From NCBI GenBank assembly GCA_963693365.1, contig CAVNZM010000014.1, forward strand, positions 1,054,001 through 1,118,000: a stretch of DNA of 64,000 nucleotides. The letters run 5' to 3'. This stretch comes from Amoebidium appalachense (taxonomy: Eukaryota; Protista; Ichthyosporea). Below the pieces are notes generated by a model that did no database searches, was not told where the DNA came from, and saw only the letters and a list, made by a program, of their open reading frames with translations. A program made the translations under genes and the position numbers. Each line of letters opens with the position of its first letter. The stretch's first letter is position 1. Below are positions 1 to 38,974 of this stretch, piece by piece.

Positions 1-166
1 TACATCCAACCCATGCCCATACACAAACCCAGAAACAACTCGAGCGGCACATAGAGTACCAACCCAAATCCACCCCAAGCCCCCCCTCTCACGCTACCTA
101 ATTTATTTCCTCATGAAATTAGCATCCATTTCCTGTGTTTTCTTCACAGTGAAAACAGGCACTTAC

Positions 167-6057
<5,891 letters not shown>

Positions 6058-6255
6058 CTTCTCTCCTGCTATATGTGGTTGCAAATACTGGGTTTTTTCG
6101 CTCTATGTTTAAAGAAGGAGCTCTGTAGTTGTGGGTGTGTCAAGATAACTGTAAGTGCTATTTGCAGAGATTGGAAATGCTTCAACAGCTGAGGAAGAAA
6201 GAAAGTTGTGGGGAAAGCCAGTTGGCAAACCAGACGCGAGGGTGGGCCAGAGGGA

Positions 6256-6294
<39 letters not shown>

Positions 6295-7130
6295 AATTAC
6301 TAAGTGTATATGCACAAAATGGGCTGTAGTGCTAGGCTGTAGTGCTACTTGGTTACCAATTTCCAGGTGGGGGGAAACAAAACTAACCAAACGTATCGTT
6401 AGGGCATAAATGTGTTCTTTGTTTTTTTTTTGTTTATGGACTTCCCAACGTTGGTTGGAGCTCGAGTGGCCCGAGTGACCGAGTCGAGTGTGATGATCGC
6501 GATCTAAGCATATCTGTAGCGATCTTGATAGTTACCAAATCAAGCGCGCGTTTGCGCATTGTGATTGGGTAATACTTGGCGCCAGATCTATAATACACCT
6601 CATTGGCTTAACCCGCACCAGCTTTTGCACCCTGAGCCGCGGCTCAAAGGGCTGTAAGACTGAAGAGTTCGAAAGACTTGTTGCCTTGCTTGTGACCCAT
6701 ACCACATATACTGCAGCACACCAAAAAGCTCTCTCAGTTCTTCAATAAAGGCTTTCTGAATATGAGCATTTCTTGCAAGCAAGTATGATTGTGATGATAC
6801 GTATACTTTTGATACCATAATTACAAAGGATGATCCTGTGCGCTGAAAAAGCTATAAGTTAACAAAAACTCTGAGTGGAACATGGTACACAGGCGTCAAC
6901 AATTAGTTTGAGGTGCACTGGTCGCTTTTATAATTGTTCTCTTTTAAATGAGCTCATGCTTTTCGGGTTATATGTAGTGTAGTGTACTGTCCCAACCTCC
7001 GATTTAAATTTATGTGCAAACTCATGACAATCACATTAATTTGAACCAGCCGCAATTGCAAGCAGTGCACACATTTTTATAGTGTCGCTTCGTTCGAACC
7101 ACAATCATTGGTCCTGGTCTGGACCTTCAG

Positions 7131-9731
7131 ATTTTTGCGGCAGTTGCGTCAGTGCTTGCATTGGCACCAACTCTCACCGCGCGAATAATTGTCAGTCAGC
7201 AACCATGCAACGCCACAAACTCTACCGTCCCCCTTACCATGCTCGACTCAGCAGAAATCGACGCCTGCGTCCCGCTCTATATAGGCAACATGGTACAGGG
7301 AACAAACTTGTACATAAAAAGATCATTTGATATGAGCACCAGCCCGTCAACGTTGCGCGTGAGATACTACAACGATAGTAAAAGTGCAATGCCAGATGAA
7401 ACATTTGCAGCGTGCTTGGACGAAGGCATACCGGTGGCTGGTACCTGCAACTTGGTAGGTGTCCGTCTGGTAACAATTTTTTGTAACAGAGGACAGGGGG
7501 GAGGGGGGAGGGGCGGGGGGGGGGGGGGGGGGGGGAAAGGGGGGGGAAGGGGGGGGGGGGGGAGGGGGGGGGGGGGAGTGGGAGGGCGAGGAGGAGGAGG
7601 GGGGGGGGGGGGGGGGCCCGGGGGGAGGGAAATGAAAATCTGGGGCCTTACAACGACAAAGACATGGTGAAACACGAGTGTGAGTCTATGGGACAGCTTT
7701 CTGTCATGCAGAAAGACATGCCGTGTTCAATTCAATACACTTCTAAGATTGATCCAGTCAGCCTCTGTCGAATGCTTTTATACCGCTGGTATGAGGAGAA
7801 GAGGGCAATTCAATGAGGCTTACTATATAAGGCAAGTTACCGGGACATACATCATATTTGGTAACTAGTGAGGCCATTGGATTGGCTATCATTTCCTATT
7901 GGCTAAACGGAAATAGACCGATAACAAACTGACTACTACGGTAGTAATTGGCCTGCTCATCGCCTGGCATGCTCTACTTTGTAAAGTCGGTCACGTGCAC
8001 ACTCCTCAGTCGTACGCCTGTACGTGAGTGAAGTGTGACTTGCACAAACACAGATCACAGTCACTTTTTATCTGAGGGGAGTTTGGCAGGGGGGAGAATG
8101 ACTATGTAGGAAGCACCCAACCACTGATTCAGCAGAATCAACCTGCTGCAAGAAGAGATATTGTGCAAAAAGCAAATTTATATTCGGCCAAAGCAGATTG
8201 ATTCAGCATTTGAAGAAGAATAATTTTTTGGCAGAATTTTTAATTCTGCAAAGGCAGAATTGTTGTGCTACAAACAAAATTCTGCGGAAAGGTGAAAATT
8301 CGCTGCAGCCAAGCGTAATTCTGCTTGGATTATTATCGCTGTCCAGAGCAGACTGATTCTGCTTTCTCAGAACAAACCTGCTTTTGCTAAATTCTGCTTA
8401 AGATAGAACAACTATTATCTGCTCGCCGAGAGCAAGTTGATTCTGCTAATGCTTTTACCGTAACGCTGGCCTCTATGCTACTACTTGCTATACTGTACTG
8501 ACAATAGTCGTTTTCTTACCCACAGGGAGCTTTTGTCAACGGCTACCCACCTATCCGCACCAAGGCATACGCATATGAAAACATCACTGTGCACTATCCT
8601 GATTACAACCCCAACGTACATCTCTCTTTCAAGTACATGGATGATTCACCCGGTGAGAGCTTCTACCAGCTCATTGCCGATAAAATCCATCCTGGGGAGT
8701 GTGTTCAGATCATGGGAAGAGGCTACGATTGTATCAAGCCACAGATTATTGTGCAGTTAAGAGTGGCGTTGGTGGAATTAAATGGTGTTGGATATGCTTT
8801 TTTCCAACGGTACGCAGACAAGGAATGCACACGGGAAACCTCTAATCTGGGTGGGATTGGAGGACTGTTCGGAGAAACTGTCACAGGCCAGCTCGAGAAT
8901 GTATACAACTTTACGCTGCTGATCAAGCAATGGGTTCCAACCGAAACCACAACAGATCCGTTCAACCCAACACCCACACCCAGTCCAACTCCAGGGAAAT
9001 CGCTTATCCTTATGCGTAAACCCTGTGTCGAATCTACCCAACTATCGCCAGAGGCCAGACTGATTGATTTTGTGGGTGAAACAAAACATTGCCAGCGCGG
9101 ATTCATTAACGGCGAAGCACACCCATACACGAGGCAATATCTGGAAGCCAACCAGACATTGGTAACTACCCACTATGGTGATGACCACTGTGCCTTCCAG
9201 AGTGCTGCCCAAATCATGCCTGTCGGCGAGGGCAACTGCACAAAGGTGTACATTAGAGCCTTTATGATCGATCCCAGCCCCTCCCCCCCCCCCCCCCCCC
9301 CCCCCCTTTCTCCGCCCTTCCCTCCCTCCCCTCTCCCCCTTGCCACACAATGCCATTCAGGCACATACACCCATATGTTGGTCAACACTGGGGCTTTTAT
9401 AATCGATTCCCCCCCCCCCCCCCCCCCCCCCCCGCTTCCTGTCTCCTCTCCTCCTCTCCCCGCCCCCCCTTCCCCCCTCCCCTTTGCCACACAATGTCAT
9501 ACAGACACGCCCCCCTCCCCCCTGAATTAGTCAAAATTCACCCCATCCGCCTTCCCCTCTAGTGGCCCCCCTTCCCCCCTCCCCCTCCCCCCTTCCCCCG
9601 ATAACTATCCCCCCCCTCCCCCCCCCCTCTCCCCCTCCCCCCCCTCTCCCCCTTACCCCCCCTCCCCACCACCACCCAACCACCTTTTTTTAACACACAC
9701 ACGAATACAAAAGCGAAAACGAAAACGAAAG

Positions 9732-9772
<41 letters not shown>

Positions 9773-10910
9773 TCGAAATCGAAAGCGCACAACAGCATCA
9801 AAATACACATCTCTTCTCCTCGATGACATACTCAACTGTAGCGCACAAAAGATTATCGCACATGATGGCGCGTACGTACCAGCAACAGCTATAACCGTAG
9901 TGCTGTGGACACCGCCTTCTTTAGTGTGCATCAACTCGAACTCTTCTCTATCTTTCTCTCTCCCTTCCCCCCTGGGTCCTAACCTGCCTCGGCCCCCCTC
10001 CCTCCCCCCCCCCCTCCCGCACCACCACTACCACCACCACCACCGGTACCCCCCCCCCCCCCCCCCTTTCCCCCCCCTCCACCCCTCCCCCCTTCCCCCC
10101 GCACTACCACTACCACCACCACCACCGGTTACCTCCCCCCCTCCCCCCTTCACCTTACCCCCCCCCCCCCCCCCCCCCCCCACCCCCCCCCTCCCCCCGG
10201 GGCACACACCCTCCCCCCGGGCAAAAAAAAAACAAAAAAAACTAAAAAACTAAAAACAGGCGAGCTCACTCCTTGCAGCCTGCTCAAAGCCTGAAATAAA
10301 AAGGAAAAAACACTGACTCATTTTGGGTTCACGATACACAGGTCCCATGGTCAGTTGAAGCCGTTTGTGCCCACCACATTCCTCAATGCGGACTTTCAGT
10401 GGACGCTCTCTTGTGATCTCAACTATACCATGCCGGGGGCAAACCAAAACAGCACCATCTGCCGCATAGAAACATCAAACATCACCCTGGGCGCGTGCAC
10501 CGCACTCGTTCCTACTAACGTGCACCGCACTCGTTCCTACTTGCCTCAGCAAAAATGGCACCAACGGCACCCAAGTTAGGCGAGGAAACGAAAGAATGTA
10601 TCGGTTTACATTGGGGCATGTGAACGGAAAACAAATGGCATTCTTCCAGGAATATGATGACTCGATATGCGAGGTTGTTCTTGCCAAGGATTTGATGGTT
10701 GCAAACGGTTGGTACGTGGGAGAAACTTTTAACTCAGATAAAATGGGTGAGAGTTTTTGTTTTGAGGCAGATTACCATCCAGCCAACTCGGGTGATTCTG
10801 GTCACAACAGTGCAGGTGTCATGGTGGGGAAGAATAGTGGGGAAGAGAAATGGATTTGGGTGGTGTATGCATCTTTAAGTGCCGTCCTGGTATGGGTTAC
10901 CCGCATCTAA
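7131..10910 (+). CDS. Putative secreted, surface-anchored Cys-containing protein with A-B-(PT linker)-A'-B' internal repeats; frameshift at 10494-10541 (possible pseudogene or new intron)
   Basis: Exons 7131-7454 and 8526-9245 join in phase 0; the last exon is ~10342/10355-10910. The N-terminus is signal-peptide-like (IFAAVASVLALAPTLTA), but the start codon is unresolved (candidate ATG|gt at 6882-6884). There is a PTPTPSPTP linker, repeated NGxxxAFFQxYxDxxC blocks and a hydrophobic C-terminal tail (WIWVVYASLSAVLVWV). No family recognised. Confidence 0.62.
8105..8455. mobile_element. Degenerate copy of the GCAGAAT/ATTCTGC-rich MITE family (see 45225-45614), inside an intron
   Basis: Shares CCCAACCAC..CAGCAGAATCAAC at the left end and GAGCAAGTTGATTCTGCT at the right end with the 45.2-45.6 kb element; many internal GCAGAA/TTCTGC motifs. 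Confidence 0.5.
9710..9785. repeat. (GAAAAC)n hexamer microsatellite
   Basis: About 12 tandem CGAAAA/CGAAAG/CGAAAT units. Confidence 0.85.
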
Positions 10911-12722
10911 GTTCAGTTAATAAGCGTGAACGGTCCAAATACTTTTCTTGCGAGTACACATGTTGAATGGAAACCTTCATAACGAGGGACTGTTGTTGGC
11001 ATTTATTTATATACACATGATGTCCTGCCGCTCGGACACCCTGTATTCAACAATTCTCGCTACTACTATGTAGTTCGTTTATGTTTCAGTGTGCTCCTTT
11101 CGTCTTCGCCGCACTGTCCCTGTATTCTTCGATATTTAACTTGGCACATATAAATACATATCTAGCCGAAATAAACATTGCTCCGGGGTATTCATGAGCG
11201 GACACGCTATCAATGCAAACAGGTTGTGCAGTGAAATGAGAGCCATACAAATTTGCATGCCCAGTTGCAACAAAAAGTAAGGCCCTGTGGGCTTTTTTTG
11301 GACTGTCAGAAGGTGCGGGCGGGCAGCTGCTGCGCAGGCTGTGCAGGCATATATAGCTCACCGTTTGCTGGGCTTGCAATTGCAAGGACATGCGGATGGT
11401 TGGCCATGGGTGGAAGTGCGGGTGGGCTGGTGTGTGTGTGTGTTTGTGTGTGACACTGTGTATGTGTGTGTGTATACTGGCGCGCGCGCGCGTGTGTGTG
11501 TGCCGCAGCGTGTGTGTGTGTGTATGTGTGTGTGTGTGTGTGTGTGTGTTGTTGTGTGTGTGCGTGTGCGTGCGTGCGTGCGTGCGCGCGCGCGCGCGCG
11601 TGTGTGTGTGTGTTCATAGCGCGTATGCATGTGTGCGGCGCGTGTGCGTGTTTGCGTGTCACACACTTCACCCCTCATTACAATCAACATAAATACTGTC
11701 TTATATATTGTGGTAAATAACTAACAATGATATGCTACTCTAGCAGCACCGTTCAGGCCTTGCAGCACCACACAACTTTGAAGGCTGATACTCAGCTACG
11801 GTACAGCCCCACATGAGCCTGTGTAAAGCGCGAAAACTGGAGCGGTACCAAACCAGCCAATCACAGTTGGAAAGCATGTTTTTGGGAGATCTTGCAAGAC
11901 CTGGTGCTTTATGGGGCGTATTGATGGTCACCATTTTACAGTGGAAGGCTTGAAGCGTTCAAGCAACACTGTTACACTTACAGTTTGATGATTCAAGGCT
12001 ATAAATTTACACAAGCGTGTAAATATTCTAGGCCTCATTATTTTTGACTTGCCAGCCCGTAAGCCCTCCGTATTGTTTTGCACAGGCAGATGTCACAGCG
12101 CGGAAATGCAGAACTGCGAAATTCCTCGAAACAGCGCGAAATACGCATACGCGCATGGACACCCGCACAGACAAGTTTTGGGAGACTTCTCTCAGGGTGC
12201 GCCATCCACCAATCATGTTCAGCCCGGCCGGGCCGCGACTTGGACAGGCAGGACAGGACTGCCGGCTCTGCACACTGAGCAGAGTCCCGGAAGCCCAAAA
12301 CTAACATGTTTCAAAAAATCCCTAGTGAGAGTGAGTCTATAGCTTTTTCGAATGCGTAGCTAGCTACTATGATCTTCTGAATGATAGCTGATTATTTGTT
12401 GGGGATCTTGTGGATCCAACCTATTAGAATCCTTTCTACTTTAACTTTATAATACCCTTGGTGAAAAACTGCCAACTAGCCTCTTGAAGTACAGGTTAGA
12501 AAAAACCTCGTCTGAAACCCACAAGACCATGCTACCGAATTTATATTATTCAGCATAGATAACGGTTGCCCTCGATACAGGAGATTTTGACTACGTCGGG
12601 AAGTTTACCACACCATTCGTTTCGCATCTGGGACAAAGGAGAGCACACATGTTCTAAGCTACACACAGATGGTCATGCTATGCACTGTCGATTTCCTCTA
12701 AAATATACGTGCAGCCTTACCA

Positions 12723-32469
<19,747 letters not shown>

Positions 32470-32592
32470 TATTATGTTGGTGTTGTTACATATTGTTGAT
32501 GATTTATGGAATGAAAAAAAAATAGTACTACGGTATGTAGGCCCTAGAAGCTATGAATGACGTTGTTTCATACGTTTTTTTGGTTTTTTTTT

Positions 32593-32657
<65 letters not shown>

Positions 32658-33585
32658 CGGGGGCGGGGGGCGGGGGGCGGGGGAGGGGAGGATGTATGAA
32701 AGTTTAATATTAGTTTGGTCTTCTATAGGGGTTACAGGGTTTGCCGGAAGTTGTGGAATCCGGTACCAGTGTTCAAATAGTCACATGGCCCATGTATGTT
32801 CTTGCTTTTTCAATTTACATATGTTAGTTTAGGATTTTTATTCTTTAACCAGTCGCGAATAGCCGCCCGGTTCTAGAGTTTGTATCCAAGCTCAGTTAAG
32901 CACCCAGGCTTCAACTATTTACTTGAACCTTAGTTGGTGGGTGATGGACTTCTTACTTTGCATCTTTCTCAAATTCACCGAATATTTAGATAGCCATATA
33001 TATACATGTACAATGATCATGAATTGCTACTCTTTTATAAAATCTAATGGCCTAAGTGTGCGCCAGCAGGCATGTGCGCCTTAGATAGAAGAAACCACTG
33101 CATCATGCTAGTGCGTTTTCACTTCCGTTCATGCATGCATGTGTGACACTGTTGACTCTCCGGAAGTACCGGGGCTGCTTCTTTCTCGATAAACGTGCAT
33201 ATTTATTATGTATACACGCGTGTCCATGTGCCATTTGCAATGATGCGTGAAAGTATTAAGTATACGGCCCGGTCCACGGTGTCCGGCGTTGCCAATTGTC
33301 ACATTGAGCAATTTGTGTGCAAAATGCATATTTATTAATTTATTGGGTTAATTGCTACCACCTATTGAGGCGGTGTCTCCTTTTTTCTTTTCTTTTCTAT
33401 ATTTTTTTTTTTTTTTTTTTTTTTTGCAAAACAAGTAGATGTATAACGTCGCACGTGCGGCAACACGTCAGTACGGGGTTCGTGTTGGGGCCAGGCTGTG
33501 GGGCCGTGTATTGTGTGTGACGTGTGCGTGTGTGTATGTGTGTGTGTGGTGGTGGTGGTGGTGGTGGTCGTGCCGCTGGTGTGCT

Positions 33586-33717
<132 letters not shown>

Positions 33718-34867
33718 CACGCCCGGGGGGGGGGGGGGGGGGATGAAATCTATAGTAACCATGCGCTCGAGTAGATGGTTCGGCAAAAAAAAGCAGACCT
33801 GCCTTGGCAATCTAATAGGCAAGAATACAGTAATGATGCGCTCGAGCCATAGGGCTGATGCTGTATGTATCATGCGTATTGAAATATGGTTTTCAATGGG
33901 GTGTTAACAATTATAAGACACGTACTTTCGGGGAGAGGATCATATATTTCAGTGCATGTGTAACAGCAGTTCACGTTGATGAGCACAGAACCCTCGAGCA
34001 GCTGCAGTTTCGGCCGGATCCCTTCGCCCAATAGTGCCAGGGTGACCTGGCCAGGGCGAGAACAAATGTGAAAGGATCTAGCCCTGCCTGGGGCCAGGGC
34101 TATGTACCCTAGCGCATTCGACGAGATAGGCTCACTCACTCTCTCTGCGCATGCACAGGCTCGCAGTGTACTTCTGGCTCTGCATATGCATGTCCAAAAG
34201 CATGTGTGCCCGGGCAGCGAGCCACACATGTACACCTGGTCTGGCCAGCTGTTGATTTCTACCTGGTTTGTGTGCCTAACCGAGTAAGATCCGTCAGATC
34301 CGATTTAGAGTTTTTTTTTTTTTAAAGACGCTCGAGGTTGAGGGGAGGTAGCTCCGGAGCCTTGGGTCGCCCGCGGAAATCATCGCTGGCAGTGAGTGAA
34401 TAATATGGGTACTAGACGTCAGTTTTGCAAGCGTGCTGCATGCCATTGGAAGTTAGATAACCCCCTTGTTGTTTGGAGACACAAACGATACACACACATA
34501 ACGTTATTTTCTGCTCTAGAAGTCGGAAAATTCCAAACAAAAACGGAATCCGCTGTGCGCCAATCAAAATAAACTGAATAGATCTGCTGCTTTTTGCACC
34601 TCTACTTAACCAACCACAAAAACAATAAAATATCCAATCGCCGAAAACTATTTTCCCAGGAAATGATCTGATATATTGATTCGCTACAGCCGCGACCAAT
34701 AAAACCCAATTAAAGATCTTTCCACCAACTTGCGCCCAGGTGTACTGTAAGTGTACACCAAGAACGAGTACAAAAAGCCTTCCACACACCACCTTCCCAC
34801 ACGCAGAAACTAACCAACCTGCAGTAAAGCACAGACAAGGCATTCGCAAAAATACATCTTTCCTATA

Positions 34868-36253
34868 ATGGCCATTCTTTCCGCGGCTGTTTCTTTCTTG
34901 GCCTTGCAATTGTGTGCCACATCTTCCGTGCTTGGTGCACCTTTGGTAAACACAAGCGCTAGCACCCCGGCCGCGGCCAGCAAAGCAACCACAGCATGGC
35001 CGCAATTAAGGTCCGGACTTACATGGGCAAACAAGGCCTGGTGTGAATCCGGGGTAGACTGCTGGAAGGACCCCGACCAACAGGCTGCCGTGGTTTTTAT
35101 TAACGGCTACTATCAACTAGACACTGTCCGTGATTTTCAAGCGCAGGGGAAAGCGGTTGTGTGCTATTTCTCGGCCGGTGTGCTGAATAAACAACTGGAT
35201 AAGCAATATTCGGTGCTGCCTAAGGGTGGAAAGGTCAGCCCCAGTTATCCTGATCTCTGGTGGATGGACATCACAAAGCAGGACCCCGTAAGAAAGTTCA
35301 TGGGTGGGCGTTTGGATAAGGCCAAGAGTGCGGGTTGTGACGCACTGGAGTTGGACAACATTGACTGCTGGTGAGTAGCATGTATCCCGTGAAACCGTGA
35401 GGCATCTCTAAAACAGATAAAGAGAAAACAACGAGAATACACACGCAAGAGCTTACAGAAACATGTACACAAGTAGGCGCTTTGCAAAAGCTTGAGCCAC
35501 ACGGCACACAAGCATGCACAGGTTCACTGAGTTCAACCTAAAATTATCGTACTACTTGCTATAGTCATTGCAAATTGCCCACCCAACACATTTGAAAACA
35601 CACACATACAGTATACGCACACACTACATAGCAGGCACAGCAAGGGTTGACCACGCTTGCAAACATGTACTTTGACGCACATACACGTGACTGCAGCTGT
35701 GTCCTGCAAGTGAAAGGTATAACAGGAGGGTTGGGCCCCGCAAAGGCAGATTAGTTAGTATTTCATCTGGGCCAATGAACAAATGCTGTTGCACCCAAGC
35801 ACACCCCTAGTAACTATTTATATTCGCATCTTTTCTTACCACACTCGTTTATCAATCCGGCACCTAAACTCATCACACGTTTTCCTCGTCCGCAGGGAAA
35901 ACCCCGGATGCTACAACAGCATCAAGCAAAACCCAAGCACCGTAAAAACAATCACCATTGGATACCTCAAATGGCTCTCGGACGAATCGCACAAGCGGGG
36001 TATGGCATTGGGGATGAAGAATTCTGTCGCCCTTATCCCCGACGTTCACAAATTTATGGATTTTTCCATCAACGAAAACTGCTACAAGTATAATGAGTGC
36101 GGTACACTGAAGCCTTTCCAGAGCGCAAACAAGGCTATTTTTGGTACCAACACGCTCATTGACTTCAAGACGGCGTGTTCGGTGGCTAAGCAGAATGGAA
36201 TTGTGTTGAAGAATGACGTGCGTGGAAATGCAAAGGGGTGGAGGTCGTGCTAA
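34868..36253 (+). CDS. Secreted glycoside hydrolase family 114 (endo-alpha-1,4-polygalactosaminidase-like)
   Basis: Exons 34868-35370 and 35896-36253 (phase-2 GT-AG intron). Signal peptide MAILSAAVSFLALQLCATSSVLG. GH114 motifs GKAVVCYFSAG, WMDI, RLDKAKSAGCDALELDNID, GMALGMKN and DFSINENCYKYNEC. Confidence 0.88.
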
Positions 36254-36578
36254 GCGGACTCAGTAGAAATGGCTTGGGATTCTGCACAGTGATCGCAACG
36301 GTAGTGACTAATTAATTAATAACAGTTTAAATCTCCTGTAACAGAAACCTAACCGTTATTTTTTTATTGGAGTTTACTTCGCATGTGTGGTTACACCTAT
36401 GTAATATTAGTTAACACGAACACTGATTGTGTACAGTCAACAGCTCTGTGAAGTATTTTTGGTGTTACTATGTGATGTCATTGTATTGTTTTGGCAATCC
36501 ACAGCTGTATAATACTATCCTAATAGCCTAGGCCAGATGATTGTATGAATCATTGGTCGAAATCGTGTATATAATTTA

Positions 36579-36612
<34 letters not shown>

Positions 36613-36914
36613 ATTTATCATATCATAGCCTATTTCATGCAATTAGGCACACAGCATAAACGGCGCTTTTGACAACATATTTGGCAATTAAATATGAAGA
36701 GACAAAAATCCTATCAATGATCTACGAATGACTCGAGCAGGCTCGGGTAACTTGTGCTTGCTGAAGATCTGTCTGCACAGGTAATATTAGTTTCATAACA
36801 AATAAAATTTTATTCAACTGTTGTGATTATCTGACTGTTGCGCCCGTGGCGTGTGTGGAATCGAGCTCTCCATAGTGTAGGCCGGTGCAATATATGCCCA
36901 AATACTGCAATGAG

Positions 36915-36954
<40 letters not shown>

Positions 36955-37131
36955 AACTCTCTCTCTCTTCTCCCTCTACCCCTTGTCCCCCTCCCCTGCT
37001 CTCCCCCGCGCCCCCTCCCCTTCCCCCCATAGCCCCCTGCCCCCCCCCCCCCCCCCGGGGTCCCCCCTTGCCATGTTCCCCCATAGATTTTTGCCCCTCC
37101 CCACCCTCTCTCTCCTCCCCCCATCCCCCTC

Positions 37132-37164
<33 letters not shown>

Positions 37165-37342
37165 ACCCTACGGTAAACAAAACACGCCCACGCACAACCA
37201 CCACACACACCAACAAAAAGATCAGAAAACCCCTGTAGCATCTGTATTTCCCGGTCTGCCACATCCGGGCCCACTCTCCTCTACTAACGAGTCTGGCAAG
37301 AATTTTCACTCCCAATCTCATGGTATCTCCATGTATTATCCG

Positions 37343-37380
<38 letters not shown>

Positions 37381-37409
37381 CCCTTACGGTACATTGAAAT
37401 CACCTACAG

Positions 37410-38793
37410 CACACTGTAGAAACCTGCCCACTGATACGGAAACCAGATGGAATAGCACGTACGAATTGATGTGCGCAGTTCGCCGAAGATGCCCGTGTTC
37501 CCATCTCCTTGTTTGCCACTCATTTCCCGGATCGGATTACAAATCTGAGTGACAGTGAGTACAGAGAGTTGGCAATAATGTGTGAGATATGCCGACCACT
37601 TGTTGAGGCAACGGACACTCTGCAGGGCTCAGGAATTACCATGTCTCTGGTTCTGCCCATGTTTAATCGTATAAAGGGACAGCTAGCGCGCACGGATTTC
37701 AGATACATCGAAAATTCCAGAGCCTTGGACAGCCCTCCAAAAACCATAGGACGGGCTGATTTACCCGCCAGTGTAAGGGGGCTGTTGGATTTCATGGAGG
37801 TCGACTTTGCATGGAACATTGAGGGCATAATCAGCAATTTGCGCACCAAGTACCAACTTGCCTCTGCTGTAGGTCCCCGTACAATGGCCCTTCCGTATTT
37901 TGACTACGACGCCAAGCGTCAGACACACAAGCATCTCGAAAGTGCCATGCGCAAGAAATATATGGCACTGCATAGAGATAGCAATGAAAACGAGTAGGAT
38001 ATAGTAGGTGATGCCAGGGTTCAAGCTCAAGAAACCCATCTAAGCGCTTTAGGCTAGACACAATGGACGATGATCCGGAATTTGCACCTTCTAGGTTGAA
38101 ACCGATAGACAACCATAGTGAGGGCGCTACAGATGATTGTGAAAAGGCAGTGAAGCGAGAACTAGAGAATTGGCAAACACGGGAATCATTGGGTATAAAT
38201 AGTGCCATAACAACTGAACACGTGTTAGCATGGTGGGCAAAGAATGAAGAATATTTTCCTCTCATAGCTAGAATTGCGCTGGATGTCCTCCCCATGCGTG
38301 GGTCTAACGCTGATGCAGAGCGCAAGTTTTCTACTGCTGGTAACCTGGTGTCACTTAAACGGTGTAGGCCAAAGCCAGAGTGTGTGGAAAGGCTGATGTT
38401 CTGTCATGGCAATTACCATATTTAAAATGGTGTTTTTTTTTGTTTGTTTTTTTCTCCCTCCGTCGAGGCTCTAGGTCTCTACTGTTCAAGTATGACTGTA
38501 TCTGTAGGTGTACTACTGAGTAAAGGCATGATGCCGGTCTATTGAAACTACCCATGTGTTCATTTTGGTATCGTGACTGAGAAGAGAGTGTGTTTTATGT
38601 GTGTGCCGTACGTGTGTGCCACGGTGCATGTGTGTTTTGCCTGGCAGTCACCGTGACCGTTTCACTGCAGCAGTATGTGCCCAGTGTGCTCCTGTGTTGT
38701 GAAACTGAGTTGAGGCTGCTGAGTGCATGTGTATATCTGTAGTGTGCTGAGTGCTGCCTCGGACTTGGTCACTGTCTTGGTGCCACGGGGGGA

Positions 38794-38848
<55 letters not shown>

Positions 38849-38974
38849 CTGGGGGGGTAGACCCGACCCGACTGGACCCGATTCTACCCGTGGGGGCTCA
38901 GACCCGAACCGATCCGACCCGATGCCATTTTTGCCTACCGTAGTACCCGCCCCACGGCCTGGACTGGCCTCCTA
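37410..38974 (+). mobile_element. Degenerate, 5'-truncated hAT DNA transposon (transposase pseudogene plus 3' end)
   Basis: Motifs DTETRWNSTYELM and RPLVEATDTLQG...TMSLVLP, then the hAT C-terminal dimerisation domain LAWWAKNEEYFPLIARIALDVLPMRGSNADAERKFSTAG...VERLMF. A frameshift near 37500 and a stop plus frame change at ~37995-38063 disrupt it. ACCCGA/GACCCG subterminal repeats occur at 38860-38920, with a possible terminus ..CCTA at 38974. Confidence 0.88.

Noticed and set aside
10260-10354. In-frame TGA at 10292-10294 upstream of the last exon, considered as possible selenocysteine or readthrough
   Set aside because: Downstream acceptors at 10341 and 10354 avoid it, I see no SECIS evidence, and the true acceptor is unresolved.
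34412-35005. 197-aa minus-strand ORF
   Set aside because: It overlaps the GH114 start and promoter in antisense and has no recognisable motifs.
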